From the NCBI GenBank assembly GCA_010015585.1, contig ML975179.1: a stretch of 64,000 bases of DNA, one strand, 5' to 3'. This DNA is from Eremomyces bilateralis CBS 781.70 (lineage: Eukaryota). Position 1 is the first letter of the stretch. Each line of letters opens with the position of its first letter. Positions 1 through 11,674 of this stretch are shown piece by piece. The position numbers were made by a program, and so were the translations under genes. The notes beneath the pieces were generated by a model. The model saw only the letters and a program-made list of their open reading frames with translations, had not been told where the DNA came from and made no database searches.

Positions 1-296
1 AACGTAAAAAGAAAGTTCAGATAGATCTTAATCAGAGGTTTGCGCAAGTTCGGGAGATCAAATTGGCACAAGAAGCTGTACGAGCGGTAGAGGAAGATTA
101 CCAACGAAGACATCCAATTTCGGAGGCCAAATCTACATCAGAGTCTCTCCAAGCTGTATCTTTTGAATCATGCTGTATAGATTTCCAAATATAATATGTT
201 TTAGTAGAGATATTGCTGTCTGACCGATGGAGGTTGAGATGGTGATACTGGCTACTCGAGTGGTTGGCTACTTGACAGGGGGTTGAACTTATATGT
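1..296 (+). mobile_element. 3' end of a Fot1/pogo-like DNA transposon (transposase C-terminus plus probable right TIR)
   Basis: Frame from base 3 reads RKKKVQIDLNQRFAQVREIKLAQE...DFQI* (stop ~194), resembling the RKKVxxDPNxxFAxIxxI tail of fungal Fot1-like transposases. 249-296 has a repeated TGGCTACTyGA motif followed by GGGGGTTGAAC, as in Fot-type termini. The left end is outside the window. Confidence 0.6.
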
Positions 297-551
297 GTAC
301 CTGATTAACGCCTCAACCAGTCTGAAAACAAGCCACATAAGAAACACAGATATTCTGTGACATCTGGCACCTGTACTTGTGCCCTTTCATCATCAACCCA
401 CTTGCTAATTGCAAGTCTGCACCTGCCGTCTGCGATCTGCCATCCTCATGCAATCTTTGCGTCTTAAATATCCACCATGTCGTCGGCGTCCTCCATTACG
501 TCCGGCTCTCCCTCCAAAACCTCCGATCCTCTATTGCCGCAAAGATCTACC

Positions 552-1575
552 ATGCCTCCGCCCAATCGTTCGGCAGGCCGCAATGTCCATATCTACGACG
601 CAAATGACCCTGTTACCGTGCTTGGTGGTCTACTTCTCACCCCCGGCCTTTCAAATGCCAATTTCTACTCAATGCTGGAGATTCTCATCGCTCCCACAGA
701 CGATATCATTCAGGATGAACCGTACTTCTTTGTTCGGAATGAAAGCGACACTAGGATAGATAGAGATGCCAATATGCTTCAACCTGGGAAGTATTTCATT
801 GTTGCCACTGGTTAGTTTCAGAATGGCACCATTCGTGAGTAATTAAATGGCTAAATTCTAAGCAGGTCGTTTCCAGGTTAATAATGAGCCATGGCTCGTC
901 CGAACAATTAGTCGTGCTACCGGAACCCGTGCCGCCGCCTTCACGGAGGCTGTTCGTTCACGAGATCGTCGATGTGTCATATCCGGGGCGATTGTACACA
1001 CTTTTGATGGGGTTGATTTCTGGGACGGCTTCGAAGCGGCACATATTTTTCCACTAGCCTATGAAGGTGATTGGATAGGTCACAACTACGGCCGGTGGAT
1101 TACAATCCCGGCAGCAAAAGGAGGCTCTATCAACTCTGTACAAAATGGATTGTTGCTTGACTCCGCTATCCACCAATTATTCGACGCTTACTATATGTCG
1201 ATCAACCCGGATGTACGTCTTATATTTCAGTTCAGAGACTGCAGCTGACTCTTTTCTTAGGATAATTACAAAGTTGTGGTCTTTCGGCCTAATTCAAGAG
1301 TTGTTGGTGGCCAAAATCTTGATCCAGCATACTTTGCTCGCCCTGATGCACCAGCTGCTTCTCTTCTACGATGGCACTTCAGACAGGCTGTCCTAGCTAA
1401 CATGAGAGGTGCTGGGGAGCCCGTCCTTGAACATGACTTTCCACCCGGTTCTGATATCGTTGGTCAAATACGTCTTGGTCCAAAGCCAGCTGCGAGGATG
1501 GAGTTTGAATTGTTCGGCCGTTTGTCTGCCCAAATGGAGTTGTTACAGGCACGCGAACATGCGAGTTCGCATTGA
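552..1575 (+). CDS. HNH endonuclease-domain protein (fungal HNH_2-type), 3 exons: 552-810, 866-1212, 1261-1575
   Basis: Spliced frame is open and has RDRRCVISG...FEAAHIFPLA...INSVQNGLLLDSAIHQLFD...LLRWHFRQAVLANMRGAGEP. Canonical GT-AG introns at 811-865 and 1213-1260. Confidence 0.88.
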
Positions 1576-1788
1576 TATAATAATAATAATACTAATAATC
1601 AATTTAATGTACTATCTGGATCCCTTTCGGGTCTATGAGCACGATATTCTATCTGGTCTGTCGCGGGCAAAAGTTTCCCCCCAGCCGAGGCTGCAGGTAC
1701 ATAAAATCCCGCCTCCTCCTCTCAGTAGAGTATCTCAATCATTGTTAATCTTTCCGCACGGGTCGGTGTTTCCGCCTACGCGGAGAGC

Positions 1789-4700
1789 TTATTCTGGCAC
1801 GTCGTGGAGGAGCTGGAACGGTTTCCAGTCCTCTATTACTTCCTTCTTAACTTCCTTGGCCACCCGGTATTGCTCTAGGCCTCCCGCATCGATCAGCCAC
1901 CTTGCTGCGTAGCGCACCTTGTCCCTGTCATGCAATATCCTCTTAAAGTCCGTTGTTCCAGCTCGTTGGAGGAGCGCGATCCTCTGGTAGGTCCGCTGCG
2001 GGCAAAACGTAAGGAGATGGTAGAGAGACTATCGGGGGGCACCGTACTCACACGCTGGGTGGATTCTAGGGACACCGATTTTCGCAAGCCATCCTTTAAC
2101 TCCAACTACCTCAGTCCGTAGTACCATAAGCGCCGAGGCCTCGTGTTTCTAAAGGCCATCGAACCGGTTAAGGCACTGGGTTTCCCACCGGTCCTTCCAT
2201 GTCCTTGCTCTCCTTCCTGGTTTGGCCGCTTCGGCTTGCCATCTCTCCCTCCATTTCGCCCGATACTCGTCCTGGATCATCCGGTGCGGGCCTTTTCGCT
2301 GTTATGTCTCATATCCCCTAGCTCGTTCGGGCCGGGGGAACAGAAGTTTGTCATATTGGGTCCGGAGAGTACATATTGCGGGTTCGGGTTTAGACCTGAC
2401 ACGGCGGGGTCGGCCTCGAGTTCGTCTCGAGGGAGCGGAGGCAGTATCCCAGACTTGCGTCAGGGCTCCCTTAATCTGGGTAGTGACCTTATAGGAGGTC
2501 GTCGATGCTGCTCTTTGAGCGGCCCGTTCTTGGACGTATAGTTCGATTGGGGGCACGTCCGCCTCTCTCTCAAGCGCGGCGATTGGTGTCCGTTTGTAAG
2601 CCCCTAGGATCTTTCGAAGGCACTTGTTCTGTACCTTGGCTAGGTCCTTCATTTCGCCTTCAGAGATTGGCTCTCCCTGCTGACGGACTCCCCAGATTGG
2701 GGCGCCGTATGTCATAATGGGCCGTGCAACCGCTGTGTAGAGCAGCCTCGATTTCCGGACGGATAGTCCCCATACCGACGAAGTTACCCTCGCTAGGGAG
2801 TCGAAGGCCTTAAGTCCCCACTATATTGCCCGGAGGATATGATCCTTCCATGAGAGGGAAGGGTTAAGCCAGACTCCCAGTACCCGGAGGGATGTAACTA
2901 ATTCAGCTTAGTGTCCTTATATCTGGATCGTAGACCGGAGATCAGCGGAAAGATTGCGTTTCTTAGTAAAGTGGATAATCTGGTACTTATCCGGGGCAAA
3001 TTTAGCCCCGAACCGTGACGCCCATTCCAGGCAAGTATCGTGGGCCGCAGTTAGTCGTTGGCAGTTGGCTGCTGCCGTGTCTCCCCAGGTGACAAGTGTA
3101 GTATCATCAACGAACCCGAACCCGAGCACGTTACCCTGAACATCCTTGAACTGATGTAGCAGGTCAGATATGAATAGGATAAACAGCGCGGGTGATAGGG
3201 TAGAGCCTTACGGGATCCCTGTCTCCGTGTCGAACCAGCGGCTCTTAAAGTCCGAGAAGAGAATCTTTGTTCGCCGTCCGGTTAAGAAAGATGTGATCAT
3301 CTGGATAATCCATTCGGGATATCCCATCCGACGAAGGACCCAGAGCAGCCGGGGGTGAGAGACGTTATCAAAAGCTCCAGCAAGGTCAAGCCCAAGTACA
3401 GAGACCACATACTTCTTTACGTGCCACGCCGTCTGTATAGTCCCGGTAAGGAGTTCTAGGGCGGAGAGAGTGGATCTCTCCTTTCGAGCTCCCATTTGGT
3501 TCCAGGGAATCAGGTCTCGTGTTTCCGCTTCAGTGATCAGTCGATCTGCGAGGATTTTCTCGATTAGCTTTGCAACCGTGTTTTCAAGAGCAATAGGGCG
3601 GTAGCTGCTTGGAAGTGAGTAGTCCTTTTTCTTGTCCTTCCTTAGTACCACCATAGTAGATTCCTTTAGAACTGCTGGTAGCTCCCCACTTCGGAAGAGA
3701 GCGGTGACCGTCCGGACTAGGTCTACGGCTAGGTTATCAGAGAGGGCCTTTAGTACCTCGTTCGGGATCATATCAGGCCCGGGGGCCTTCTGGTTCGGTA
3801 GCCGGCGGATAATCGGGGTGATCTTATCTGGGGTGACCTCTTGCCCGATACCGAATCGTGGAAACTGTTCGTTGGTTATGACTTAGAGGTCAGCGGCACC
3901 GCTCCATGGGAAAAACTTTGTAGTAAGGATCTCTGCTTTCCCTTGGTTGTCTCCCGTCGGGGGATCGTTCTCTGTGCGCCTAAGTGGTAGGATAGCTGTA
4001 AGCCCACCGGGTTTCCTAGCGGCCTTCTGGCTCTACTTATTCAGTCCCTAGAGCCCTCGGTTGTGTATATAGTCCGGGTAGTTCTCGTCTTCAGTAAGTG
4101 TCTGGACGAGTTTCCTCTATCTCGTCCGGCCGTCGCTACGCATCTTCCTCCTTAGGGCATTCCTCTGGTATTTCCACTCTCGTTCGTCGTCCGGGTCCTG
4201 GGTCCGTTGGAGCCGGCGTCGGGCCTGGCGGGCGCCAGCCAGGAACTCTGCAGCCTGTGGTGACCACTCCGGCCTAGACCAGTCACAAGGTCGCGCTCGT
4301 TTACAGTGCTTGTCCAAGGTGCCGTAAAGAAGTCTGATAAGGTGTCAATCGCAGTATGGGGTTCTGGCACGTACCATTGAGAACTAGAGATATCTTCCCG
4401 GATTTCTTCCCACGGGGCATCCTTCAGTATGTGTTACGGCACGGTAGCTGGATGCACACAACATACACGTAGCCAAAGGTATTCTAGATTAAGCTAAAGA
4501 AGAGAACAAGAAGGGGAAAGACTTCTCGTTTACATCGAAGAGGGTTGGACTCAGAATCAACCTTTAACCTAATCAGGCTTAGGCTCTCAGCCTTAGCCAA
4601 CCAAGGGTTTCAACCCATAACAGTATGAACCTTGGGCTCGTCTGTTGTGAGGGGACCTTGGCGTCCAGCTGGATCTCGATTAGAAAGTGGTCCTTTGTAG

Positions 4701-5346
4701 TAGACCACTCCGGCCGTGGGTGGTAAAGGAGGATCCGTAAGACGATCTCCGGCGAGGCGAAGGCTAGGTCAATGACCGACTGGCTCTGGTTCCGCTGCCA
4801 CGTTATTACCCCTTGCTCGTTAAGGAGCTAGAGGTCAGCTTGCTCGGTTTGAAGGAGTAGGTGGTCTGCCTTTGGTTCCTTTAGGGTTCCGGTTCCACCC
4901 CAGGCTAGGTGATGGCAGTTAAAGTCCCCTAGGAGGATGACATTCTCTTGGCCAATTTCGCAGAGAATTTCCGCGATCTCCGGCCGCTTCTCAAGCTGTG
5001 GCTGGCCTGTGTGCCCTGGTAGGTTATATACGTTAACGAGGTTGAGGGGTCTATCATGCGTTATAACGCGGATCCATTCGATGTGGTCGGAGGCTCGCTT
5101 TGATTCCCAAGCTGTAAGAAGGATCTTATCGTGGATAAAGAAGACGACCCGTATACCGTAGTATATAGGTCGGCTTAGGCGAAAATTCTTCAGTATATAG
5201 GTGACTGTTGGCTTAGTTTCGGCGACCATCGGTTCCTGAATTACAAGTATAGGAAACCGGGTAGGATCAATCGAGTCGAAGGTAGCCCTAGCCTTATCGT
5301 TGTTCGCATTACCGCAGTTGTATTAGAGGATGCCAGTCCCTATCAT
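1789..5346 (-). pseudogene. LINE ORF2 (endonuclease-reverse transcriptase) with premature stops, interrupted by a solo LTR
   Basis: EN motifs IL*YNCG, VIQEP, LLGDFNCHH. RT motifs SYRPIALENT, GLDLAGAFDNVSH, TGIP*GSTLSP, GFVDDT, FAPDKYQIIHF. Ends ARWLIDAGGLEQYRVA...VPE* at 1789. Confidence 0.92.
4432..4622. mobile_element. Solo LTR (191 bp, probably Ty3/gypsy) inserted in LINE ORF2
   Basis: Starts TGTTACGG and ends CCATAACA (TG...CA terminal inverted repeat). Flanked by a perfect 5-bp TSD GTATG (4427-4431, 4623-4627). Confidence 0.9.
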
Positions 5347-6830
5347 TGAGTACTAGGGGTATTGTCCTTTCCGGTAGGTGTCGTAAAGGTAGGAATACTA
5401 ATGCCGAACATAAAGTCGTTCGGCTGACTAGCCGAGAGCTGGAGCCGCTGCTGCCCTGGGGCTCGGGCAGCCACCGTGGTTCCTGAGGGCCTCCCAGGTC
5501 CTGCCCTCTTCCGCTTCTGGGAGTGCTCAACGAGGGTGTATCCCTCGTCGGCGTGGCGGACCTGGTGGGTTGTGACGTTTTGGTTTTGGCTTTGGCTTTG
5601 GACAGCGACGGTAGCCTCATTAAGGCGGTTTTCTGTGGCTCGCTGGCCAACTGCGAAGGATTTATATGCCGCACAGCTTCTGGTCGTCTAGGCAAAGTGC
5701 CCAGATTTCTTGCACCCTGCGCACCTTCCCTCTTGAAGGTCTTGTATTATATATCCCCTTGTAGGGTGCTGTTTTGCGCAGCGCCCACAGGTGTCACTAT
5801 CCGCGTTATAAACGGACTGCGTGTGGCCCCATTTCCAGCATCGGAAGCACTGGACCGCCCGGAGAGTAACGTCCCATAGTTTAACTAGGAGCCATAGGGC
5901 GCCATAGAGGAAGCCGTCCTTAATAAGCCGCGTCACGTCGGTATCGTTAGCCACCTCGATAATAACTGATCCCTTCGTCTGGGATCCAGCCTTCCGGATG
6001 GCCGCCAGCTTCTCTTTCTTATAGAGCTAGGAGACTCGTTTAATTTTAACAGCGTTTTGGTTCGACATCTGTCTCGCCCATTCGGTGTTCCCCTTGCTTT
6101 TACCGGTTGTGATCTATGTGTTAATCGGGATACCCATTACCATGAGTAGTTTGGGGCGACGGATCAGCTTGACGCCGTCATCCCCAGCGATTCCAGTAGC
6201 GATAATCTGGTCCCGTCGGGTAGTCGTGGGAACCACGACAGATATCTTACCAGCTGCCCTGTGGTGTGGGATAAGCGCTTTCGCGTCTAGGATTACCTTC
6301 TTGATTCTCTGTAATTTCTCTTCCGTCGTCTCTTCTACGGCCCCTGCCATTTCAGAGAGACGCACTTCAACGACCGCTTTGGTCTTCCCTCCTACGGCGA
6401 TCTCGCTCCGGGTTGGTGCCTTGGTGGTTAGGGCCACGGCTGGGCGACCGCGGTCTTTCGCGATTCCAGCCTCAATACGTCCAAGACGCTCCAATATTTG
6501 ACCCATCGCTGGGTCCCGGGCGGGTGTTCCCGCCTGCGCCTTTTCCATACTCTTTCTCTGTGCCAGCTCCGGAATGAGCCGGAGAACGGGCGTTAGGTGA
6601 GCCTCCAGGACTCCACAGAGCGACTCCGCTCCAGCCCATCCACGGCAGCTCTCCAACGCGAATTTTATATGATGTTCCATGATTTGGAGCATCCGCCCCT
6701 CATCCATCCGTCCAGTTTGTTCTCCCACTCCGTTGGGGGTGTTGGGTCGTGGGTGGTCCGCCTGCTGGAGACGCGTCGGGGACGCGTCTTTGGCCTGCGG
6801 GCCCTTCCCCCTCGTGCGCCCTTCAACCAT
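5343..6830 (-). pseudogene. LINE ORF1 (gag-like nucleic-acid-binding protein), with stops and probable frameshift
   Basis: Zinc-knuckle array QCFRCWKWGHTQSVY / CGRCAKQHPTRGY / RCAGCKKSGH at ~5690-5860, directly upstream of ORF2. Confidence 0.85.
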
Positions 6831-7277
6831 GATAGTTGAGAAGGCTGCAATAGTTGATTATAGGTGAATGAAGTGTGTAGAATCGATTACGACCCTTATC
6901 TCAGCGAATTTCCAAGTTGTGGGCTGTCTGCAGAAAAATGTTCCGATCCAGAAAAATATTCCGATCCCTACATCAAAATTAAATAGATGTTTGTAGAGTT
7001 ATTGATAGTAGAAGAAAAGACCGCAAAAGCTGTATTCTGTTGCCCAGGGGAACAGACCATCGGCTGTATTACAACTTTACAAGTCGAAAATGAAAGATTT
7101 TCGACCGGACTCAACACAGACTTTCTATATTAATATAGATATCAAATTATAGCTCTAAACTGGGCGAGTATGAGAATGTAGGGTGCATAGGGAATGGACG
7201 TGGTTCCGTAAAGATATGGTAGCTGGAAGCAATGTGGTTTCTGCATACAACAGATCCCTGCAGGTATGGGACAGATC

Positions 7278-7590
7278 CAGGGTGGAGACCTGAGCGAGTT
7301 TGAGCGAACTCGAGTCTTACGTAATCGAGTTGCTCGACTTTACTCACACTCGTCTAAGAACCTTGGCGAGCGTACCTGTACCGTGGTTGCGCCAACCAAA
7401 TAAAGTTCCAACTTTCCTTCCTATTTATGTGTAAATAGGGGTTCAAATCGAGTAAGATTGGTAAACTTGTATGAAAGAGGATTAGCGGAACGAGCGACTC
7501 ACGTAAAACGAGCCTTTGAGCGAGTATCAAGCGAGTTCTTAGCGAGCGAGTATAAGCGAGGCGAGTGGCTCGATTCAGGTCTCCACCCTG
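7278..7590. mobile_element. Non-autonomous TIR element (MITE, hAT-like), 313 bp
   Basis: Perfect 16-bp TIRs CAGGGTGGAGACCTGA...TCAGGTCTCCACCCTG with many subterminal (G)CGAG motifs and no ORF. Flanks match only partly (GGACAGAT vs TCACAGAT if the TIR is extended by one base). Confidence 0.8.
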
Positions 7591-8193
7591 GTCACAGATC
7601 TACCACTTTAAAAGAGATATGGTGTCACATGATGTACTAACTACTTTTGGCTTAGCTTATTCTAGGTAATTTTCAATTGAAATAAATTGTCGCACGTGAT
7701 GTGCTAAAATGGTTGGGAGTGAGGTGCTGTTGTTCCAGCAGCGAAGTTGTTGTATTGTGTAAGTTGTGTGTTCTAGCTGAATGCCTGGTCCCCCGGCCAT
7801 ACAGATATATGAGAGTCACGGCAAGATTATTAATGCAGTTTGTAGCCTTGGACTCCTAGAGCTCATGCCTTGGCCTGCGACATAAATGTTTATTGCAAGG
7901 TTTCAGAGTTTCTTAGGTAAGAAACGTTTTTTTCATATATTATAAGAAAACGAGGAGAAATACAGGATCCAAAGGACTGTATTTTGGATGGTAAAAGTGA
8001 TCTGATTCTGTAGTATCTGTGGTAAAGACCGTCTATCTAGATATATCGGATCTAGAGATGAAAACACGTGATGAAAAGAGTGGTAAACCGTGTTAGACGG
8101 CGATAGGTTGAAATCAGCTAGTAAGAGGGAGGAAAATAGGCTAAGCGTGATCTTGAATGATCAACAGAATGAGGCTTACAACCCGTCTCGCAA

Positions 8194-8904
8194 TCATGTA
8201 GTCTGCACCTGTCCCGCTAGCTCTGGTCCTTCTACTGAAAGTTTCTTCATCTTCCGCTCCTCCTCTTCCTTTTCGAGAGCCTGTCGCTCCGCTTTGCTTT
8301 CGCGGCCCGGTTGCGAGAAGACGGCGCCAAAGAGTGAGAAAATGCTATTCGTCCTCAGCACCATGAGGTAGTATAACGACAACCCCATCATCAACAACTC
8401 CTCCCGCACGGCATCGGTGTTTGCCTTCGGGCCGATGAACTCGATGGAACCGATTTTCTTCATAGCCCAGCAATTCGCCGAATATTTCGCGATGGGATTC
8501 TGGTCGGCGTCGACGCAGATGAAATCCCATACCTTGAAGTCGTAGTCGCTGGTCCAGTGCAGAGTCATGGGCTCGTCGGTGCCGGAGTAGGTGCGGGACT
8601 TGTGAGCGTACGCAGTTTTGAAGCGCTTCTGAGCTTTGAGCTTGATGGGTTGGCCATAGAACTCGCAGTCGGCATCGATGGCGAAGGTGTGGAAGGAGCT
8701 GGTGCCGAATGTCGATCCGTCGCTTGCGTGCTGGAAGACTAGATTCGGCTTGAGGGCTTTGAAGTCGATAATGTAGAGGTCCTTCGACTCCGGATCGTCT
8801 TTCTCGGTGACGCGAGCTTTGAAGTTCTTCCAGGAGAAGTCAACCAGAAGAGTGCTACTCATTGCGTTTCTTTCGTGCGATAGCTTCTCTGTGGTTTGCT
8901 CCAT
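8194..8904 (-). CDS. Hypothetical fungal protein (possibly tubby-C/LURP-like fold)
   Basis: Intronless ORF with strong codon bias. First ATG (MEQTT) at 8904, alternative ATG at 8862. Motif WDFICVDADQNPIAKYSANCWAMKKIGSIEF. Confidence 0.7.
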   Translation of the reverse strand: MEQTTEKLSHERNAMSSTLLVDFSWKNFKARVTEKDDPESKDLYIIDFKALKPNLVFQHASDGSTFGTSSFHTFAIDADCEFYGQPIKLKAQKRFKTAYAHKSRTYSGTDEPMTLHWTSDYDFKVWDFICVDADQNPIAKYSANCWAMKKIGSIEFIGPKANTDAVREELLMMGLSLYYLMVLRTNSIFSLFGAVFSQPGRESKAERQALEKEEEERKMKKLSVEGPELAGQVQTT

Positions 8905-9770
8905 GATGCCGTGATCCTTTCTTGTGAGAGGAAGGGGTTTGACTGGAGATGGTCTTGCTTCAAGAATGAATGTGGAGGAGGCTGGTTTAGTTTTCCGACT
9001 ATGAATTGACACTGTAAAGGTCTTTTGAAGGGATTATATAGCTATCCTGTTGGTTCCTTGGACGAAGGGAACGACTCAGCCGGTCAGCCCTGCAGGGCTG
9101 AACGGCAACGGGACATCATCGACGGTTTGACGAGGACAGAAGGTATGGGATAGGCGTCATCCAAGAAAGCGGCGGGTTGCGCTGCGCCTCGACGCTTCTC
9201 GCTGCCGAGTCGTCGGGCATGCTGAATTGCTGATCAGGAGGCCGTCGGAGGCTATGAACCCTGAGAGGGACAGTTGCTACGCTAACCGTAAACGGTGTGA
9301 TACCGCGCTCTCTTGGCACGCTAACCATATCAAGAGTAGTGCTAATTATATCTCTGTCCCATCCTTTCTTCACTGCATATCTCGACCCCAATTCCCACGT
9401 TCTCGCACAGTGACCATAATTAGTCACTGGGAACACAGCATTCCCTAGCCTTCACAGGTGGCCTAATCGAGGGGATCAAATTGAGACTTAAGGGTGCGAG
9501 CCTGAGCTCCTCTGCCATAATGTACTGTATACTGTACCTACCATTGGTACGTGCTGGCACTTGGTCAACTCCTTTGGCTTTGATCCCACAAAGGCGTCAT
9601 CCCGTATTGGCTACCGCCACAAGTTCCCTCATATAGGTTGGTAACCACGGCTAAGGTGATTATGTGAACCATCCTCGCCGCATTCAAACCCTGAGTTCGG
9701 AACGTCTCCGATCATCTACCATTTCTCCTTCGAGCTCCATACAGCGCTCTATCCCAAACCACGAAGGAAA

Positions 9771-11331
9771 ATGCCCGGAGTTCCCTCCAGTCGAGCATGC
9801 GATGCATGTCGTAAACAGAGGAAAAAGGTATAGTTCTTTTTCATGTCCTCCCGAGACCGGTATCATGGGCAACTAATTATGACGAAGTGCGATCAACAAC
9901 GACCTGCATGTTCCAGATGCGCCCGCCTTCAGGTTGCTTGTGTCGGTGCCGGCAAACAGCGATTCAAGTTTGCAGAGAATCGAACCATCGATCGGCTGGA
10001 GAGCCACACACCGAGCACTAACCCGTCTCCATGTCGTTCACCGGAGGCAGCTGCACTTGTGGTGCCAGCGTCACCGAGCAATAGGCTGACCCTGGTGACT
10101 TCTGCCTTCTTATCCACGCTGCGGGTGACAGACATTCGCTACGACCCGACTGCCTATGGCGAATTCCTTACGGAAATCCCCAGACGCCTTGGGGCTAATG
10201 CCGCTCTTGATGCTTCCGTACATGCGTTTTCAGTGGGGTTCCCTCAAATTTATTCTCATGAAAAGAGTCCTGAGGTGGTGGAGAGTTATTTTCGAGCTTT
10301 AGCTGCCCTTAGAACGAGCCTGGACAGGCCTAGCGAGGCAAGCTCGATAAATACATTATGCGCAATTTACATGATGATAATATGTCAGGTCAGTACGAGC
10401 CATGAGATCTCTTACGCTTAGATACTAACGTCATTGTAGGCCTGGATGGGTGATTGCATGCTCACAGGGCATGGAGAGCTTTTATCACAGATACTAAGAA
10501 CAATAGCGTGCAAAAAATGGGACGATGAATTTGACCACCAGCTACTGGTTACCTTGTGCATCCCCGTGGTAAGATGTGTATCCATCCAGCCCTTTCGGAA
10601 CGAGCCGACTCACTCGTAGCCGCAGATTCTCGAAAGCATTGGCAACCCGAAAATCCAAGTGCAGCCTTGGCTTGACCAACTGGTAAACCGACACGACCAA
10701 GCCATCCCTATGAAGAGCATGAGATTGAGCCAGCTTGCCAAAATCCAGCAGTTTCTCAATGATCCGTACGCCCATGAAGCAGACATCAGAATCGCTTATC
10801 AACATTCCGGATTTGACCTTCACAAGATCCGGGAGGTAATCATCCCAAGAATCACGAAAACAGACTATCCCGTGAAAACCCGCTCTCGCTTTCAGGCTTT
10901 CCATAGCGTTTTACTCGCCTATGCCGTTATCTTGAACAACATCCTCCGCCGATGCTTCGAGCCTTACAATCTCATCCTTGCCGCTGAAGGGGAGGCATTA
11001 GTTGGCGATATCATCGCCCTCGCAGAAGATGGTGCCCAATACCGGCCTCTAGGATCGAGCGGCATGCCAATATCGTGAGTATCATGTCGTTAACCAGCAC
11101 TGACGTCGATGGAATGCTAACGTGACAAGGTTAATGGCTGCATGGGCGCTAGCGAAAGGGACCGACAGGCAGACACGGCTCGAAGAGCTACTGACCGAGT
11201 ACAAGTCCGATTTTCCCGCGGCGAGCTGGAGACAGGTTTCGCAGTATTTGGAACGGCGGATGAACTACGATCCGAAAACCGCAGCGCTGAAAGATTTGCG
11301 TCCTGTGGCAGACGCGTGTCCGACTATGTAG
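9771..11331 (+). CDS. Zn(II)2Cys6 transcription factor, ~5 exons
   Basis: MPGVPSSRACDACRKQRKK | intron 9828-9887 | CDQQRPACSRCARLQVACVG. Later exons contain EIPRRLGANAALDASV and AQYRPLGSS. Confidence 0.88.
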
Positions 11332-11357
11332 AGATGGCGAGGGGAATGCCTCCATAG

Positions 11358-11674
11358 TAGGGTGGTTGAATTTCAGTAATTTATATATATTTCTTCGGAT
11401 GACTGATAGAATTTAAATTATGCATATAAATTGCTTCTTTCCGAAATTTACGCTAGTCCTATTTTGGCTTGGTTAGATTAAATATTGGTGCCTTGCAGCC
11501 TTAGGCATCAAAACCGAACTCCGTGAAATTCCTCAAAATCTCACCATCTTAACTCTATCTCCGCCATCCAAATTAGTAAACGAAAGCTTGGCATGAAATA
11601 TTTCCAGACCTCCGGAAATCTTTCATGAAAATTACAAGAGCAATAGATTTCATTGAAATCTTTCACCCACCCTA
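11358..11674. mobile_element. hAT-type MITE, 317 bp
   Basis: Imperfect TIRs TAGGGTGGTTGAA / TTCACCCACCCTA, perfect 8-bp TSD CTCCATAG (11350-11357, 11675-11682) and repeated GAAAT motifs inside. Confidence 0.9.

Larger units (their letters stand above)
1576..7000 (-). mobile_element. Tad-like LINE (non-LTR retrotransposon), near full length, inactivated; 5' boundary approximate
   Basis: (TAT)n tail at ~1576-1600, ORF2 with APE endonuclease, RT and C-terminal Cys/His motif, and ORF1 with three zinc knuckles. An ATGA overlap at 5343-5346 could join the ORF1 stop and ORF2 start. Confidence 0.93.

Noticed and set aside
6990..7150. LINE target-site duplication (ATTGATA at 7001)
   Set aside because: A 7-bp AT-rich match is too weak, so the 5' boundary is left approximate.
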